From Gammaproteobacteria bacterium (GTDB lineage: Bacteria; Pseudomonadota; Gammaproteobacteria; Steroidobacterales; JBCCMA01): 64,000 nt of DNA. How positions within the stretch are numbered: the first letter of the stretch is position 1; each line of letters starts with the position of its first letter. Under the pieces are notes generated by a model. The model ran no database searches. It was not told where the DNA came from and saw nothing but the letters and a program-made list of their open reading frames with translations. Positions 31,144-40,880 of this stretch are shown piece after piece. Where the stretch lies: the NCBI GenBank assembly GCA_045107005.1, contig JBGCFP010000080.1:53592-117591 (forward strand), given 5' to 3'. The translations under genes and the position numbers were made by a program.

Positions 31144-31441
31144 TTTTTTTATTCCTGCATTGAAAAACGAGGTGACCCGATACTACTAACTGCTTCGTAG
31201 TCAAGCGGTATAGAAAGTGTGAAGATCTGGACCGACTCTGAAACAAGGACTTTCAGACGCCAGTAGAAAATTCGAGCGCTGATCCGACTTCTTACGCCAA
31301 CAGCCGGTCGCCTGGACTGAACATTCGCCCCACTTTTACTTGGAAACGGCCCGTTCGACCTATCACGCCCAACCTGCTGTTATATTCGACAAGCACGGCG
31401 AATTTGGCGGTGCTCAAACTCAATGACGTGGGAGACTGTTC

Positions 31442-32134
31442 ATGAAAAATGCCTTGAAAACTGTTTTTGTGCTGGTGCTCGCGACATTTTCGCTGCACGC
31501 AGCCGCGCTAAACGTTGAAATCCGCATTTCCGGCGCGGTCGAGTTCAATCAGATCAATCAAGGTGAGTTGGCTGGCGCCAACGGTGGCGATGACGCCGAG
31601 ATCGTGTTCCAGGTGAGCGCCGACACGTTTATCGACAGCGGTAACTTCCCGGTGCGTGGTTACGAGGTCATTGCCGGTAGTTTTCAGTTTACCGCGGGCG
31701 ACAACAGCGTCGGTCTCGCCGATCCGTTTCCAGCGGGCCAGGCTCCGTATTTTGTCATTCGCAACAACGACCCGGCCGTCGACGGGTTTTTCCTCGGTAC
31801 CAACGTTGATGGTTTTCCAAACGGAGTGCCCTCTGATTCGGAAGGCTTGTTCGGCGCGTTCGCACCAAATTTTTCGGTCAGCTATGACAACGATCCGTTA
31901 CCGTCGCTCGACATTCTCGATGCGCTGGGCACCTACGATTTTGCAGGACTGACGTCGTTTAACTTCGTGGTTAATGATGGTCCTTTTGACGCAATGGGAC
32001 TCATTTTCGACAGTATGACCATTACGGCAGTGCCGGTCCCTGCTGCAGTCTGGTTGATGCTTGGTGGGTTGGCGTCGTTGTTTGGGCTGAAGAGAAAAAG
32101 CAGGCAGAGAAACCTGGGAGTGACCTCATCATGA
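31442..32134 (+). CDS. Secreted protein with VPLPA-CTERM-like (PEP-CTERM variant) sorting signal
   Basis: 230 aa with an N-terminal signal peptide. The C-terminus 'AVPVPAAVWLMLGGLASLFGLKRKSRQ' has a V-P-x-P-A motif, a TM helix and a basic cluster. Confidence 0.7.
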   Translation: MKNALKTVFVLVLATFSLHAAALNVEIRISGAVEFNQINQGELAGANGGDDAEIVFQVSADTFIDSGNFPVRGYEVIAGSFQFTAGDNSVGLADPFPAGQAPYFVIRNNDPAVDGFFLGTNVDGFPNGVPSDSEGLFGAFAPNFSVSYDNDPLPSLDILDALGTYDFAGLTSFNFVVNDGPFDAMGLIFDSMTITAVPVPAAVWLMLGGLASLFGLKRKSRQRNLGVTSS

Positions 32135-32670
32135 ATTCGCGACGCTTAATTCTGGCCATCGCTCAAACGCTCGTGGCAACCAGTGCGGTGGCTGGGCAAC
32201 CTGAGACCACGCCTGTGACAAATATCGAGCATTCCGCCGTATTCGATAAGATGAAGGCGCTGGTCGGTGAGTATCAGGAAGTGGCCGACGCTGACGAATC
32301 GGCCAGAGTGAGCTACCAGCTAATTTCCAATGGATCGGCGTTGACGGAAACCTGGAACATGGCGTCGGGCAAGAAAGAACTAACGGTGTTTCACATGGAC
32401 CAGGACGAATTGGTTGCCACGCACTACTGCGCTGCCAATATTCAGTCGACGATGGCGCTGAGCTCACTGTCCGAGGACGGCGTGTATAACTTTCGCTTGC
32501 GGTCAATCAGCAATTTGCCCAGCGCAGAGTCGCCGCACAACTCGGGGTTTGGCTACCGCTTCTCTGATGACAAGGAGATATTCAGAAATGAGATTTGGTC
32601 GCGTGCGGGTGAGGAGTCGGTTTCGGATCTGATGCTTGCTCGGCTGCCTGAGGATCCGAAGTTAAATTAG
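32131..32670 (+). CDS. Hypothetical secreted protein
   Basis: 179 aa with signal peptide 'LILAIAQTLVATSAVAG'. ATGA overlap with the upstream gene. No confident family assignment. Confidence 0.6.
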   Translation: MNSRRLILAIAQTLVATSAVAGQPETTPVTNIEHSAVFDKMKALVGEYQEVADADESARVSYQLISNGSALTETWNMASGKKELTVFHMDQDELVATHYCAANIQSTMALSSLSEDGVYNFRLRSISNLPSAESPHNSGFGYRFSDDKEIFRNEIWSRAGEESVSDLMLARLPEDPKLN

Positions 32671-32804
32671 ATTGGCCGCCAGGTGTTCATCGTTGTTTCA
32701 CGTCTCCTGGCGTAAGCGCAGCAATTTCGAGTTGCCGCCAACGTTGACTCAACGGCCACAACACCCAATCAACCGGTCAAAAGTCCAGGACCGGGACAAA
32801 TCAT

Positions 32805-33530
32805 TTACCGATCCAGCGCGACCAGCTCGTAGCGATTCATCATGCTGCCATCAATACTGCCGTAAACCAGAATGGAGTCGTCGTCGGCGGTGACCCACAT
32901 GTCGTAGGTTGGGTGTGTCTTGCCACCCATGCCCGGACCGACATCGTCAATGTAGCGAAAGTGGCGACAGTCGAACGTTCCCGCGGCCACGGTCTTGGTC
33001 TCCTCGCCAACGTACTCGAGCCCGATCGATACCTCGGCCACCATCGGTGCCGTCGCCCCGCGATGATCGGGTGACGGGAGAAACACTCTGACCATGCGTC
33101 GATGCGGGCCTTTTCCGATATCCATGCAGCGCGTCAGAAAACCATCGGCGACGACCGGGTGTGTGCCAAAGCCATCGAACGCGCCGTTGGTGGGCATGCG
33201 TTGAGACACCCGCCCGATGCTCGGGCCAAAACTCTCGCACTCTACGACGTCGTTTTTCTGGTCGTAACGAAGCCATCCCGATCCCATCAGCGTATCGTCA
33301 ACGGTCAGATGTACGTGCAGATGCTGGGGCACACCGTTCGGATCGACGGCATAAATAATGTCGCGCAATACGTGAGGCTCCGGTTCTTCAATTTCACAGT
33401 GCGCCCGCATGATCATCGAGCCATCACGGTGGTGCGTAAAATTGAACGTCTCGCGGCCGCGCTTCTTGTCAAGCAGCTCCGGTTTTTTTGACGTGTAGAG
33501 AATCTCTCCGGTGACGCTGCGATGGCGCAT
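32805..33530 (-). CDS. Hypothetical protein (no signal peptide)
   Basis: 241-aa ORF with coding-like composition and no competing ORF. Family not recognised. Confidence 0.55.
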   Translation of the reverse strand: MRHRSVTGEILYTSKKPELLDKKRGRETFNFTHHRDGSMIMRAHCEIEEPEPHVLRDIIYAVDPNGVPQHLHVHLTVDDTLMGSGWLRYDQKNDVVECESFGPSIGRVSQRMPTNGAFDGFGTHPVVADGFLTRCMDIGKGPHRRMVRVFLPSPDHRGATAPMVAEVSIGLEYVGEETKTVAAGTFDCRHFRYIDDVGPGMGGKTHPTYDMWVTADDDSILVYGSIDGSMMNRYELVALDR

Positions 33531-33848
33531 ACCAATTGTCCCGTATTTTCTGAATACTGCGTAAAGCCACAGAGCTTTCGTAGCCGCTGGCTACTCGGTA
33601 ACGTACCGAATTCGATTTCGACGCTGGCCGCAACATGCGGACCCACAGCCCTCAATGCTCTACGTTAATGTAGACACTCCTACGATAGCAACCCGCGCGA
33701 CATCGCCCCGATATATCATTGGCCAGATACCGCTCGGCGCCGCGATTCTCAATTTGATCCTGACGGGTTAGAATCCGGGCCATCAAGAGCCTGCAGAGCG
33801 TGCAGTACCGGAAACCCGCGTGCCGCTCTCCCTTACCCGAGCACCCCT

Positions 33849-34373
33849 ATGAATCGCAATGACTTCGCCACACTACTGGCTAGCGTATTGCTGGCAATCG
33901 CGCTTAGCGCCTGCACGCAAGATACCAATGGAGGGCCGGCACCAACCGAGCCACCGATCGCCGATGAGGTGGAAATCGCGGATGGTTTGGTTGAGCATCT
34001 GGCGGAGGGCTCCGACCCGCGCACGCTCTACATCGTCGGCAATCAATACGCGGTTGGCGACGGCGTGGAGAAAGATCAGGATATTGCCGAGCGTCTGTGG
34101 CTGGTGGCGTGCGATAAGGGTCATGCGTACGCGTGCAACAATTACGGCAGTCGGCAAATCGGCTACGGCAACTTTGATGAGGCCGCCCGCACGCTCACAC
34201 TAGCGGCACAGACCGGTGTTATCGATGCGGTTCGCAACCTTATTGAATTGCACGACAACTCGCAGTGGACCGGCGCATCGATCGATGAAAGCGTAAAATG
34301 GTTTGAAGTGTTGCAAGCTCTGGAGAACCCTGAGCCGCAGCAGTCTACGAGTGGCGATCAGCCACAAGGCTAG
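33849..34373 (+). CDS. Sel1-like repeat lipoprotein
   Basis: 174 aa. Lipobox 'LAIALSAC'. Sel1/TPR-like repeat 'GNQYAVGDGVEKDQDIAERLWLVACDKGHAYACNNYG'. Confidence 0.7.
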   Translation: MNRNDFATLLASVLLAIALSACTQDTNGGPAPTEPPIADEVEIADGLVEHLAEGSDPRTLYIVGNQYAVGDGVEKDQDIAERLWLVACDKGHAYACNNYGSRQIGYGNFDEAARTLTLAAQTGVIDAVRNLIELHDNSQWTGASIDESVKWFEVLQALENPEPQQSTSGDQPQG

Positions 34374-34413
34374 CGTCGCGACGCTTCATTGGAAAGCGAC
34401 GCGAAGCGTAAAT

Positions 34414-35448
34414 CTAGACCGGGAAGAAATCGATCGGCTTGGTCGTTGTGATAACGCCCACATCCTGCGCGCCAAACTTGAACAGCCGCACCCGTTGAAC
34501 CAGTTTTGATTCAAATTCCGGCGCGCTGAGCTCACTCGACACCACGCGGCAGTCAAGCACTTCGCCCGTCGGCGCAATCGTCAGCTCCAGAACCAACTTG
34601 CCCTGCAGCGAAGGATCAGCGCGCAGCGCACGTCGATAGAGCGCGTAGATGGCCGCTTTGTTGCGATCAAAAATCATCTCGATCTGATCGCGACTGCGTT
34701 GTCCGGCGGAACCACCGTCAATGCCGGTATCGTTGCTGCCGTCACTGCGACCACCGCCGCCACCGGATCCAACGATCGTGCTGGTCACTTGCGTGACTTC
34801 GCGCCCGGCCAAACCACCGCCACCGGTATTGCGGCTCAATGCCGCCGTGTTGATACCGCCGCTGGCTTTGCCGCTGGCGCTGGTCACCAGCGCGCGTTCG
34901 GAACGCTCCGCAGCACCGACTGTGTTGGACAACGTTCGGTTCGACAGCGCGCTATCAATACTCGAGTTATCGCGCAGATCCGCCAGCTCATCGGCCATCG
35001 CCATCAAACCCGCTTTCGCGGCACGCTCACGCGCCTCGTTAATCGGTGGCGGGGGCGTCACCTCGGGCTTGGGCACGAAGGCCAGTTTGGGTTCGGGTTT
35101 CGGCTCGGGCTTGGGTGGCTCGGGCTTGGGCTCAGGTTTCTTCTCTTCCTTGGGCACCTCCACCACTTTCTCTTCCTCCGGTTCAACAACCGGTGGCGGA
35201 GGTGGCGGCGGCGGCGCTTTGCGCTCGATCAATAGTTTGGCCAGGCGCGGCGGCACGTCGGCGCCGTTGTTGTGCACGATGTCCGAGCTCGGCAGCAATG
35301 GAATAGCCGCGCTCAGAAACAGCGTTGCGCCCGCAATCGCTATGAAAATCTTGCGCAGACGCTGACTCTCTTCGGTAATCGGCGACCACGGCAAATCGTA
35401 GCGCCGGTAGTGCGGAGGCAACGTCAGGGCAATACCGCTCTTGCTCAC
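34414..35448 (-). CDS. TonB-like energy-transducer protein (long, Pro/Glu/Lys-rich linker; GltG-like candidate)
   Basis: 344 aa. N-terminal TM 'IFIAIAGATLFLSAAIPLL', linker 'PPPPPPPVVEPEEEK..KPEPKPEPPKPEPKPEPK', and a C-terminal TonB-C-like 'GKLVLELTIAPTGEVLDCRVVSS'. GTG start in a GTGA overlap with the upstream exbD. Confidence 0.8.
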   Translation of the reverse strand: MSKSGIALTLPPHYRRYDLPWSPITEESQRLRKIFIAIAGATLFLSAAIPLLPSSDIVHNNGADVPPRLAKLLIERKAPPPPPPPPVVEPEEEKVVEVPKEEKKPEPKPEPPKPEPKPEPKLAFVPKPEVTPPPPINEARERAAKAGLMAMADELADLRDNSSIDSALSNRTLSNTVGAAERSERALVTSASGKASGGINTAALSRNTGGGGLAGREVTQVTSTIVGSGGGGGRSDGSNDTGIDGGSAGQRSRDQIEMIFDRNKAAIYALYRRALRADPSLQGKLVLELTIAPTGEVLDCRVVSSELSAPEFESKLVQRVRLFKFGAQDVGVITTTKPIDFFPV

Positions 35449-35963
35449 GATGCGCTGCCCTCGGCCAAATCCGCGCCTTTTTGCATCACGGCCAGTGAGA
35501 TCTGCCCGTAGTTGGCCTCAGTACACGTAGTCATGACTTTCTTGAGCACGCTGTACGGAATGTCTTTGTCACCCATGATGGTGACTTCGCGGGAACCAAG
35601 ATCGTCTTCGCCTTCTTTGATGATCAGCCGATCGACTTGCGCCTGCAGCGCATCGCGCAGTACGGCAACGGTTGGGGTATCCATCGCTTCAATCTCATTG
35701 ATCGACGCGACCACCCTGCCTTGCACCAGCACCTGCTCCGGCGTGACCATGACAATCACGGTCTCGCGCGGCTTTTGCTGCGCGACTGATTCCGGGATTT
35801 GCACCGCCTGGTTGCGTTCGAGCACTTCACTCTCGGACGAGTTGACCAGCAGGAAGAACACCAGAATCGTGAAAATATCCATCAGCGAAACGAGATTGAG
35901 CGAGCTTTTGGCGTTCTTGCCATGATGCCGCTCCATTCGTCTGGCCCGTCGGGACATCGCCAT
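35445..35963 (-). CDS. exbD: ExbD/TolR family biopolymer transport protein (copy 2)
   Basis: 172 aa. 'LNLVSLMDIFTILVFFLL' TM plus a periplasmic ExbD domain. Confidence 0.85.
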   Translation of the reverse strand: MAMSRRARRMERHHGKNAKSSLNLVSLMDIFTILVFFLLVNSSESEVLERNQAVQIPESVAQQKPRETVIVMVTPEQVLVQGRVVASINEIEAMDTPTVAVLRDALQAQVDRLIIKEGEDDLGSREVTIMGDKDIPYSVLKKVMTTCTEANYGQISLAVMQKGADLAEGSAS

Positions 35964-35966
35964 ACA

Positions 35967-36485
35967 TTAATCCTTTGAAAGCGCGCTCGAGAGCGCTTCG
36001 ATCGGCGCATCGCCGATGGCTATTTCAGGGAACAGTTCACCGTAGCCACCGCCCGGTTCGTCCACCGGCGCTACGCGCACGGTGTCCATCACCTGGACCA
36101 GCGTGTCGTACACGATGTCGGATTCGAGCAACACGGTAGCGTCGGTCTTATCGGGATAACGCACTTTCACCTGCTGCAGAAATTCTTGCAGCGCTTCCAG
36201 CTCGTAACCGTCGTCACCGTTGGGAAACGACTTGAGCAGACCGGTGTTGCGATCCGACACATCGATTCTCGCTTCGCGAACGGTGACTTCGAGGTTAAAC
36301 GCGTCTTCCTCTTCCACTGCCGCTTCGCTACCCGGCCCGGGCAAATTCAGCTCGAGCACGGCCGTGCGGGAAAACACGGCGGTGATCAACAAGAACGGCA
36401 CCAGAATGACCATCAGGTTCATGAAGGCCGTGATGTTGAGCTCGGCCTGTTCGGTGTCTCGGCGTCTCCGCCAGCGGCGTCTCAC
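35967..36485 (-). CDS. exbD: ExbD/TolR family biopolymer transport protein (copy 1)
   Basis: 172 aa. 'LNITAFMNLMVILVPFLL' TM plus a periplasmic ExbD domain. Its GTG start shares one base with the exbB stop (TAGTG). Confidence 0.85.
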   Translation of the reverse strand: MRRRWRRRRDTEQAELNITAFMNLMVILVPFLLITAVFSRTAVLELNLPGPGSEAAVEEEDAFNLEVTVREARIDVSDRNTGLLKSFPNGDDGYELEALQEFLQQVKVRYPDKTDATVLLESDIVYDTLVQVMDTVRVAPVDEPGGGYGELFPEIAIGDAPIEALSSALSKD

Positions 36486-37129
36486 TAGGCCGCTTCCGGC
36501 CGACGTTCAGACACGCTATTCAAAAACTTCACCGACACCATCTCCAGCGAATCCACCAGCTCGGTGGTTTTGGTCTGCAGCAGCGTGTGAATCAGCAGAA
36601 GTGGAATCGCCGCCATCAAGCCAAACGCGGTCGTGTTCATCGCCACGGAGATACTGGCACTGAGCAGATCCGCCTTTTCCGCCGGGTTGGCCGCAGCCAC
36701 TGCGGTAAACGCTTTAATCAGACCAATAATCGTGCCGAGCAGACCCAGAAGCGTCGCGATATTGGCAAACGTTGCCAGGTAGTGAGTGCGTTTTTCCAAC
36801 CGCGGCAGCACTTCCATCAGGCTCTCTTCCATCGCTTTTTCGATGTCATCGCGACGACGCGCGGTGTCGATGCGCGCAATCCCGTAGGACAAAATACTGC
36901 CGATGGCGGTTTTGGAGTTGGAAGTCATCTGCGCCGCTTCCTGGAAGCCACCGCGCTGGATCACCGGCACCAGTTTCTTCCACAGCATGCGGTTGCGCGT
37001 GCTGGTCATGCTCAAATAAACCCAACGTTCGACCGCAATGGTCAATCCAATCGCGAACACCACGACGATGGGGTACATAAACCAGCCACCCTCCTGGAAA
37101 AAGCGCACGACAGTGTTGTAAGTTTCCAC
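36485..37129 (-). CDS. exbB: MotA/TolQ/ExbB proton-channel protein
   Basis: 214 aa from the GTG at 37129, which is preceded by AGGAGA with a 5-nt spacer. Three TMs and the conserved 'LATFANIATLLGLLGTIIGLI' helix. The ORF-track start at 37246 would overlap the upstream gene by 92 nt. Confidence 0.85.
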   Translation of the reverse strand: METYNTVVRFFQEGGWFMYPIVVVFAIGLTIAVERWVYLSMTSTRNRMLWKKLVPVIQRGGFQEAAQMTSNSKTAIGSILSYGIARIDTARRRDDIEKAMEESLMEVLPRLEKRTHYLATFANIATLLGLLGTIIGLIKAFTAVAAANPAEKADLLSASISVAMNTTAFGLMAAIPLLLIHTLLQTKTTELVDSLEMVSVKFLNSVSERRPEAA

Positions 37130-37154
37130 AGTTGTCTCCTGAATCGATTTAGGA

Positions 37155-37508
37155 CTATTTCGTTTTGCCGGCATCGTCGCCGGCGCTGTCATCGTCTTGC
37201 AATGCGTTGTAGTAATCGACCTGCCGACGGAATACATCGGGGTCAATGGGGCTCAACACTTCTTCAACCAGACTGGCCAGTGGCCGACCGGTAAGCTCAA
37301 CCAGATCGGGGTTTTTCCACGGCACAATGACCAAAACTTTCGGCAATTCGCGGCTGCCGGTGACCGAAGTTGTATCCAACTCCAATCGCGTTGCGGCCGC
37401 TGTGATGGTGTCGTCAGTTTCACTGGTCTGACTGTTGTCGTTAGGTGCATCCTGAGCGCTGGCGCACATCGAAGTCAACATAAGAAGGCTCAATGGAAGC
37501 GTTTTCAT
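37155..37508 (-). CDS. Small acidic secreted protein (GltF-position candidate)
   Basis: 117 aa with signal peptide 'LPLSLLMLTSMCASA'. ATGA overlap with the upstream TPR lipoprotein gene. No family recognised. Confidence 0.6.
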   Translation of the reverse strand: MKTLPLSLLMLTSMCASAQDAPNDNSQTSETDDTITAAATRLELDTTSVTGSRELPKVLVIVPWKNPDLVELTGRPLASLVEEVLSPIDPDVFRRQVDYYNALQDDDSAGDDAGKTK

Positions 37509-38128
37509 CGGCGTTCCACCTGAGCGTCACTGGATGCCGTGGACGGCCCTGCCGCCGTTCGCCGCTGCAAATCCTTAACCCAGGATGCGACGGCTTTGTC
37601 TGCGCTCGGGGTCATCGACAGGTACGCCTCGTAGTGCACGAGCGCTTCGGAATGCTGACGCAGGTACAGGTCGAGCAACACGCCCAGATTGTAGTGCGCC
37701 TTCGCGTATTCCGGATCGGCCTTGATGGCGGCACGATACGCTTGTGCGGCGCCTGGGAATTCACCGCGTTGACGCAACACGATGCCCAACTCGTTGTGCA
37801 CGACCGCCGCGCGTGGCGCCAGCGCCTTTGCCTTGAGCAGCGATTCGTAAGCCTCGTCAAAGCGCGACGTGCGGGAGTAAACGATGCCCAGATTCAAATG
37901 ATAACGTGCATCATTTGCGTGCGATTTGGACAGTCGCAGCAGCGCTGTCTCAGCATCGCTCCAGGATTCGCTTTGCATGTGGCCAAACGCCGGGGCAAAG
38001 CGCTTGTCGAACGCCACCGGGGTGCCGTCGCCTTGCGGCTTTGGTCCACTGGCGCACGCGCCAAGCAGACCACAGACAAGAGCGATCAGCGGCAGACGTA
38101 GCGTCGATCTAAGGGTTAAGCGTCGCAA
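37505..38128 (-). CDS. TPR-repeat lipoprotein
   Basis: Lipobox 'LVCGLLGAC' and at least 3 TPR units ('ARYHLNLGIVYSRTSRFDEAYESLLKA..'). I prefer the TTG at 38128 (AAGGAGA, 5-nt spacer) over the ORF-track TTG at 38146. Confidence 0.75.
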   Translation of the reverse strand: MRRLTLRSTLRLPLIALVCGLLGACASGPKPQGDGTPVAFDKRFAPAFGHMQSESWSDAETALLRLSKSHANDARYHLNLGIVYSRTSRFDEAYESLLKAKALAPRAAVVHNELGIVLRQRGEFPGAAQAYRAAIKADPEYAKAHYNLGVLLDLYLRQHSEALVHYEAYLSMTPSADKAVASWVKDLQRRTAAGPSTASSDAQVERR

Positions 38129-40880
38129 ACGACTCTCCTTTCTCAAACTTGGCGTAACGAGCCGGCATCAAACGCGCCAATTCGCTGAAGCTCTTTTTCA
38201 CCCAGTCGTCATAAATGCCCTGCGTGCTGCGGCGAGCGTTCGCCTCGTAAACTTCAATTGCTTTTTCCTCAAAAGGAAAAGCCTGTTCTTCAATCAGGAA
38301 CTCATATTCCTCGAGTTCAAGCTCCGTCAACTCCGGCGGGCGCTCTGAATCCATCAACGCTGACGCCATTTCGCGGTAGAGCTCTGCAATTCGAAACGTC
38401 GCCGCCGTGGTCACCGGACCGACACCGTAATCCGCCGCATCGCCGTAAGCGCCCAACAGCGCCTCCATCGATGCCTTCTTGGCGCGCAGCGCGTCAGCCA
38501 GCGGTACCACCAGGCGCATGGCCATGTAGGCCGGTAATTCGTCATCAGCAAGCGTCATCGCCGCGGAAGCAGCCGCGCTACGCGAGCGGTCTGAACCACC
38601 GCCCGACGCACGATGCGCCGCAATGATCTGACGCATTTGTTCATTGCGTGCGAAGGGATCGCCTTCGCCCATTGCCAGCGTAGCGAGGCGCTCGCGAATG
38701 TCCATGGTTTCATCCAATGATGTGCCCAAGGCGTTCATGCGGTAATTCAAGGTATTGCGCTCACGCGTCACGTCGTTGGCACTGGCGTATAGCGTGCCCG
38801 CCTGGCTCGATGCGTTGCGTCGAGTCGCGTCATCGTAACTACTGTCGCCAGCAATGCGGTCCAGTTCGATCGCCGCGTCCACGTCACGTCCGGCTTTCAA
38901 ATAGACACCCGCGAGTTCGCGTGTCACGTTGGTCGCAAGCTCGTGGTCGCCGTGATCGCGACGAAAGCCCTCAAGAACCGTGGCCGCGCGCGACCAGTCT
39001 TCAAGCTGAACCAGCGCAGCCGCCGCATCGTACTGCGACGTAGCAACAATGCCACTGCCCGGCGTCACGTTGGCAACGCGCAGGAAATCATCCACCGCAC
39101 CGGCCAGATCACCGCTGTCGCGACGTGCCTCCGCCTGTTTGTAAACCGAGGCGGCGAGGCGCTCGTTCATTTGTGTGCGTTCCGTCGGCTCAATAACATT
39201 CATCGCCAATACTTGAACGTACGCGTTTTCCGCCGCCGCGAAAGCCCCGGTCTCAAAACTGGAGTGACCGACCACGGTCCATGCGGTATTCCGCAAATCT
39301 GCCTCAGCTGGAGGGTTATCAATCTCAAGCAGCACCAGCGCCGCGCTGCGCGCTCGATCAAACTCGGCAAGCTCGAAGAGACGCTCAGCGGCGTTGACCA
39401 GCACATTGTTGGCCTCGGGGTGTTGCGGGAAGCTGCCGGCAAAGCGCAGCGCCCCGTTGATACCGCGGCGCTGCCACGCTTCTTGCTCGGTCACCGGCAA
39501 CCGCGGTTGGTGCGCCGCATAAGACAACAAACTGGCGTACCCAGCCTCAGCAGCGCGCTCGTGCTCGCCGTAATTGTAGGCGGTCGCTTCGTATGCATCG
39601 GTGGCGTTGGCGTAACGCTCGTGGGTGTAAAGCAACTCGGCCAACAGGAAGTGCTGCGCCGGTGCCTCGTCGTCGGTCGGGAAGGATGCCAACCAGGATT
39701 CGTAATAACGCTGCGCCCGATCCACCGCCTCTGCGTTGCTGGTCGACAGCGAATGATAGTGCTCAGCAAGCTGAGTCAAATTCAGCTTTAATGCGTCAAC
39801 AATGACCGGCGCCTCGTCACGCGTGTGCGATGCCCAGTAGCCGGCGGTAGACGTCAGCGCGTAGCCATCAACAAACGCTTCGCGGGCCGCGAGCTCCTGT
39901 TCGGCAAAGCCTGCCGCGTTATAGGTATCAATAACCTTGAGCTGCAGATGCGGGGCGTGTGTGTCGCTTGGGTAGTCGACAACAAACGCGTTAAACGTTC
40001 CCGCCGCATCGCTGAATCTCTCCTGCTCGAGAAAATGATCGCCCAGATCCTGATAGAGCAGGAATTCGAAACCCGGCGCACTGCCCCGATCGAGCAGCGC
40101 ATTCAGCGCTTCCACGCCGTCCAGATATGAGTAACTAATGCTCATGGCGCGCAGCGCGTCGTCCAGCAACGCTTGCTTGCCCGGCTTCAGCTGTTCATGA
40201 GCGGCTTTGTCATACGTGCCGCCTGGTGCCAGTTCGTGGTTGAGCAGCACCAGGAAACCGTCGAGGGCGAGCTCGTATTCGCCCAGGCGAAATTGCGACC
40301 ACCCGTGTTTGTACAGCGTTTGCTCATAAAACGTGGACGTCGCGGCATCGTCCCGCGCTAAAATCGCGCCGTAAGCCTCGGCGGCCAGATCGTAATCACC
40401 GGCAAGAAACTGCGCTTCGCCGCGACGGAAAAAACTCTCGATCAGGAAATCCGATTCGGGATAGCGTGCGACCAAATCCGCCAAACGCTCGGTCGCGATT
40501 TCTACATCGCCACGCTGTTCGAATGCGCGTGCGAGCTGGTAGGTGACGGCGTCATTATTGGGATCATCAGGGTAGGTCTCCAACAACTCCTGATACAGCT
40601 TGATCGCGCGGTCGTATATCGCGGTGGCGGCGCTCAGGTCGTCGCCTTCAAGCTGCACGCGCTCAGCACGTTCAATCTCGATATCGGCGAGGCGCCGCAG
40701 CGCGCTGGCACGGCGCGGGTCGTCAAGCGGGGCCAAACGTAAAAACGCCTCGTAACTGTCGCGAGCGCGTTCGCGAGAATCAATCACCGGGTCGGTCGAC
40801 GACACGGTCTCTTGCGAATGTGCACCGGGGCTGACACTGAGCAACAGCGCCGCAATGGCGGTGGCGAGTGCGCCCTTCAC
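38109..40880 (-). CDS. Large periplasmic TPR-repeat protein (923 aa; GltD/GltE-like candidate)
   Basis: Signal peptide 'AIAALLLSVSPGAHS', then TPR-like helical repeats along the whole length. GTGA overlap with the upstream TPR gene. Confidence 0.8.
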   Translation of the reverse strand: MKGALATAIAALLLSVSPGAHSQETVSSTDPVIDSRERARDSYEAFLRLAPLDDPRRASALRRLADIEIERAERVQLEGDDLSAATAIYDRAIKLYQELLETYPDDPNNDAVTYQLARAFEQRGDVEIATERLADLVARYPESDFLIESFFRRGEAQFLAGDYDLAAEAYGAILARDDAATSTFYEQTLYKHGWSQFRLGEYELALDGFLVLLNHELAPGGTYDKAAHEQLKPGKQALLDDALRAMSISYSYLDGVEALNALLDRGSAPGFEFLLYQDLGDHFLEQERFSDAAGTFNAFVVDYPSDTHAPHLQLKVIDTYNAAGFAEQELAAREAFVDGYALTSTAGYWASHTRDEAPVIVDALKLNLTQLAEHYHSLSTSNAEAVDRAQRYYESWLASFPTDDEAPAQHFLLAELLYTHERYANATDAYEATAYNYGEHERAAEAGYASLLSYAAHQPRLPVTEQEAWQRRGINGALRFAGSFPQHPEANNVLVNAAERLFELAEFDRARSAALVLLEIDNPPAEADLRNTAWTVVGHSSFETGAFAAAENAYVQVLAMNVIEPTERTQMNERLAASVYKQAEARRDSGDLAGAVDDFLRVANVTPGSGIVATSQYDAAAALVQLEDWSRAATVLEGFRRDHGDHELATNVTRELAGVYLKAGRDVDAAIELDRIAGDSSYDDATRRNASSQAGTLYASANDVTRERNTLNYRMNALGTSLDETMDIRERLATLAMGEGDPFARNEQMRQIIAAHRASGGGSDRSRSAAASAAMTLADDELPAYMAMRLVVPLADALRAKKASMEALLGAYGDAADYGVGPVTTAATFRIAELYREMASALMDSERPPELTELELEEYEFLIEEQAFPFEEKAIEVYEANARRSTQGIYDDWVKKSFSELARLMPARYAKFEKGESFATLNP

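Noticed and set aside
34700-35370. Plus-strand ORFs 34699-35235, 34721-35365 and 35046-35306
   Set aside because: They are antisense to the Pro/Glu/Lys-rich linker of the TonB-like gene. Their Gly/Arg/Leu-rich translations are mirror images of that low-complexity region.
37130-37246. Longer ExbB start (37246) overlapping the upstream 117-aa gene
   Set aside because: The GTG at 37129 has a perfect AGGAGA with a 5-nt spacer and yields a normal ~214-aa ExbB. The extension would overlap the preceding gene by 92 nt.
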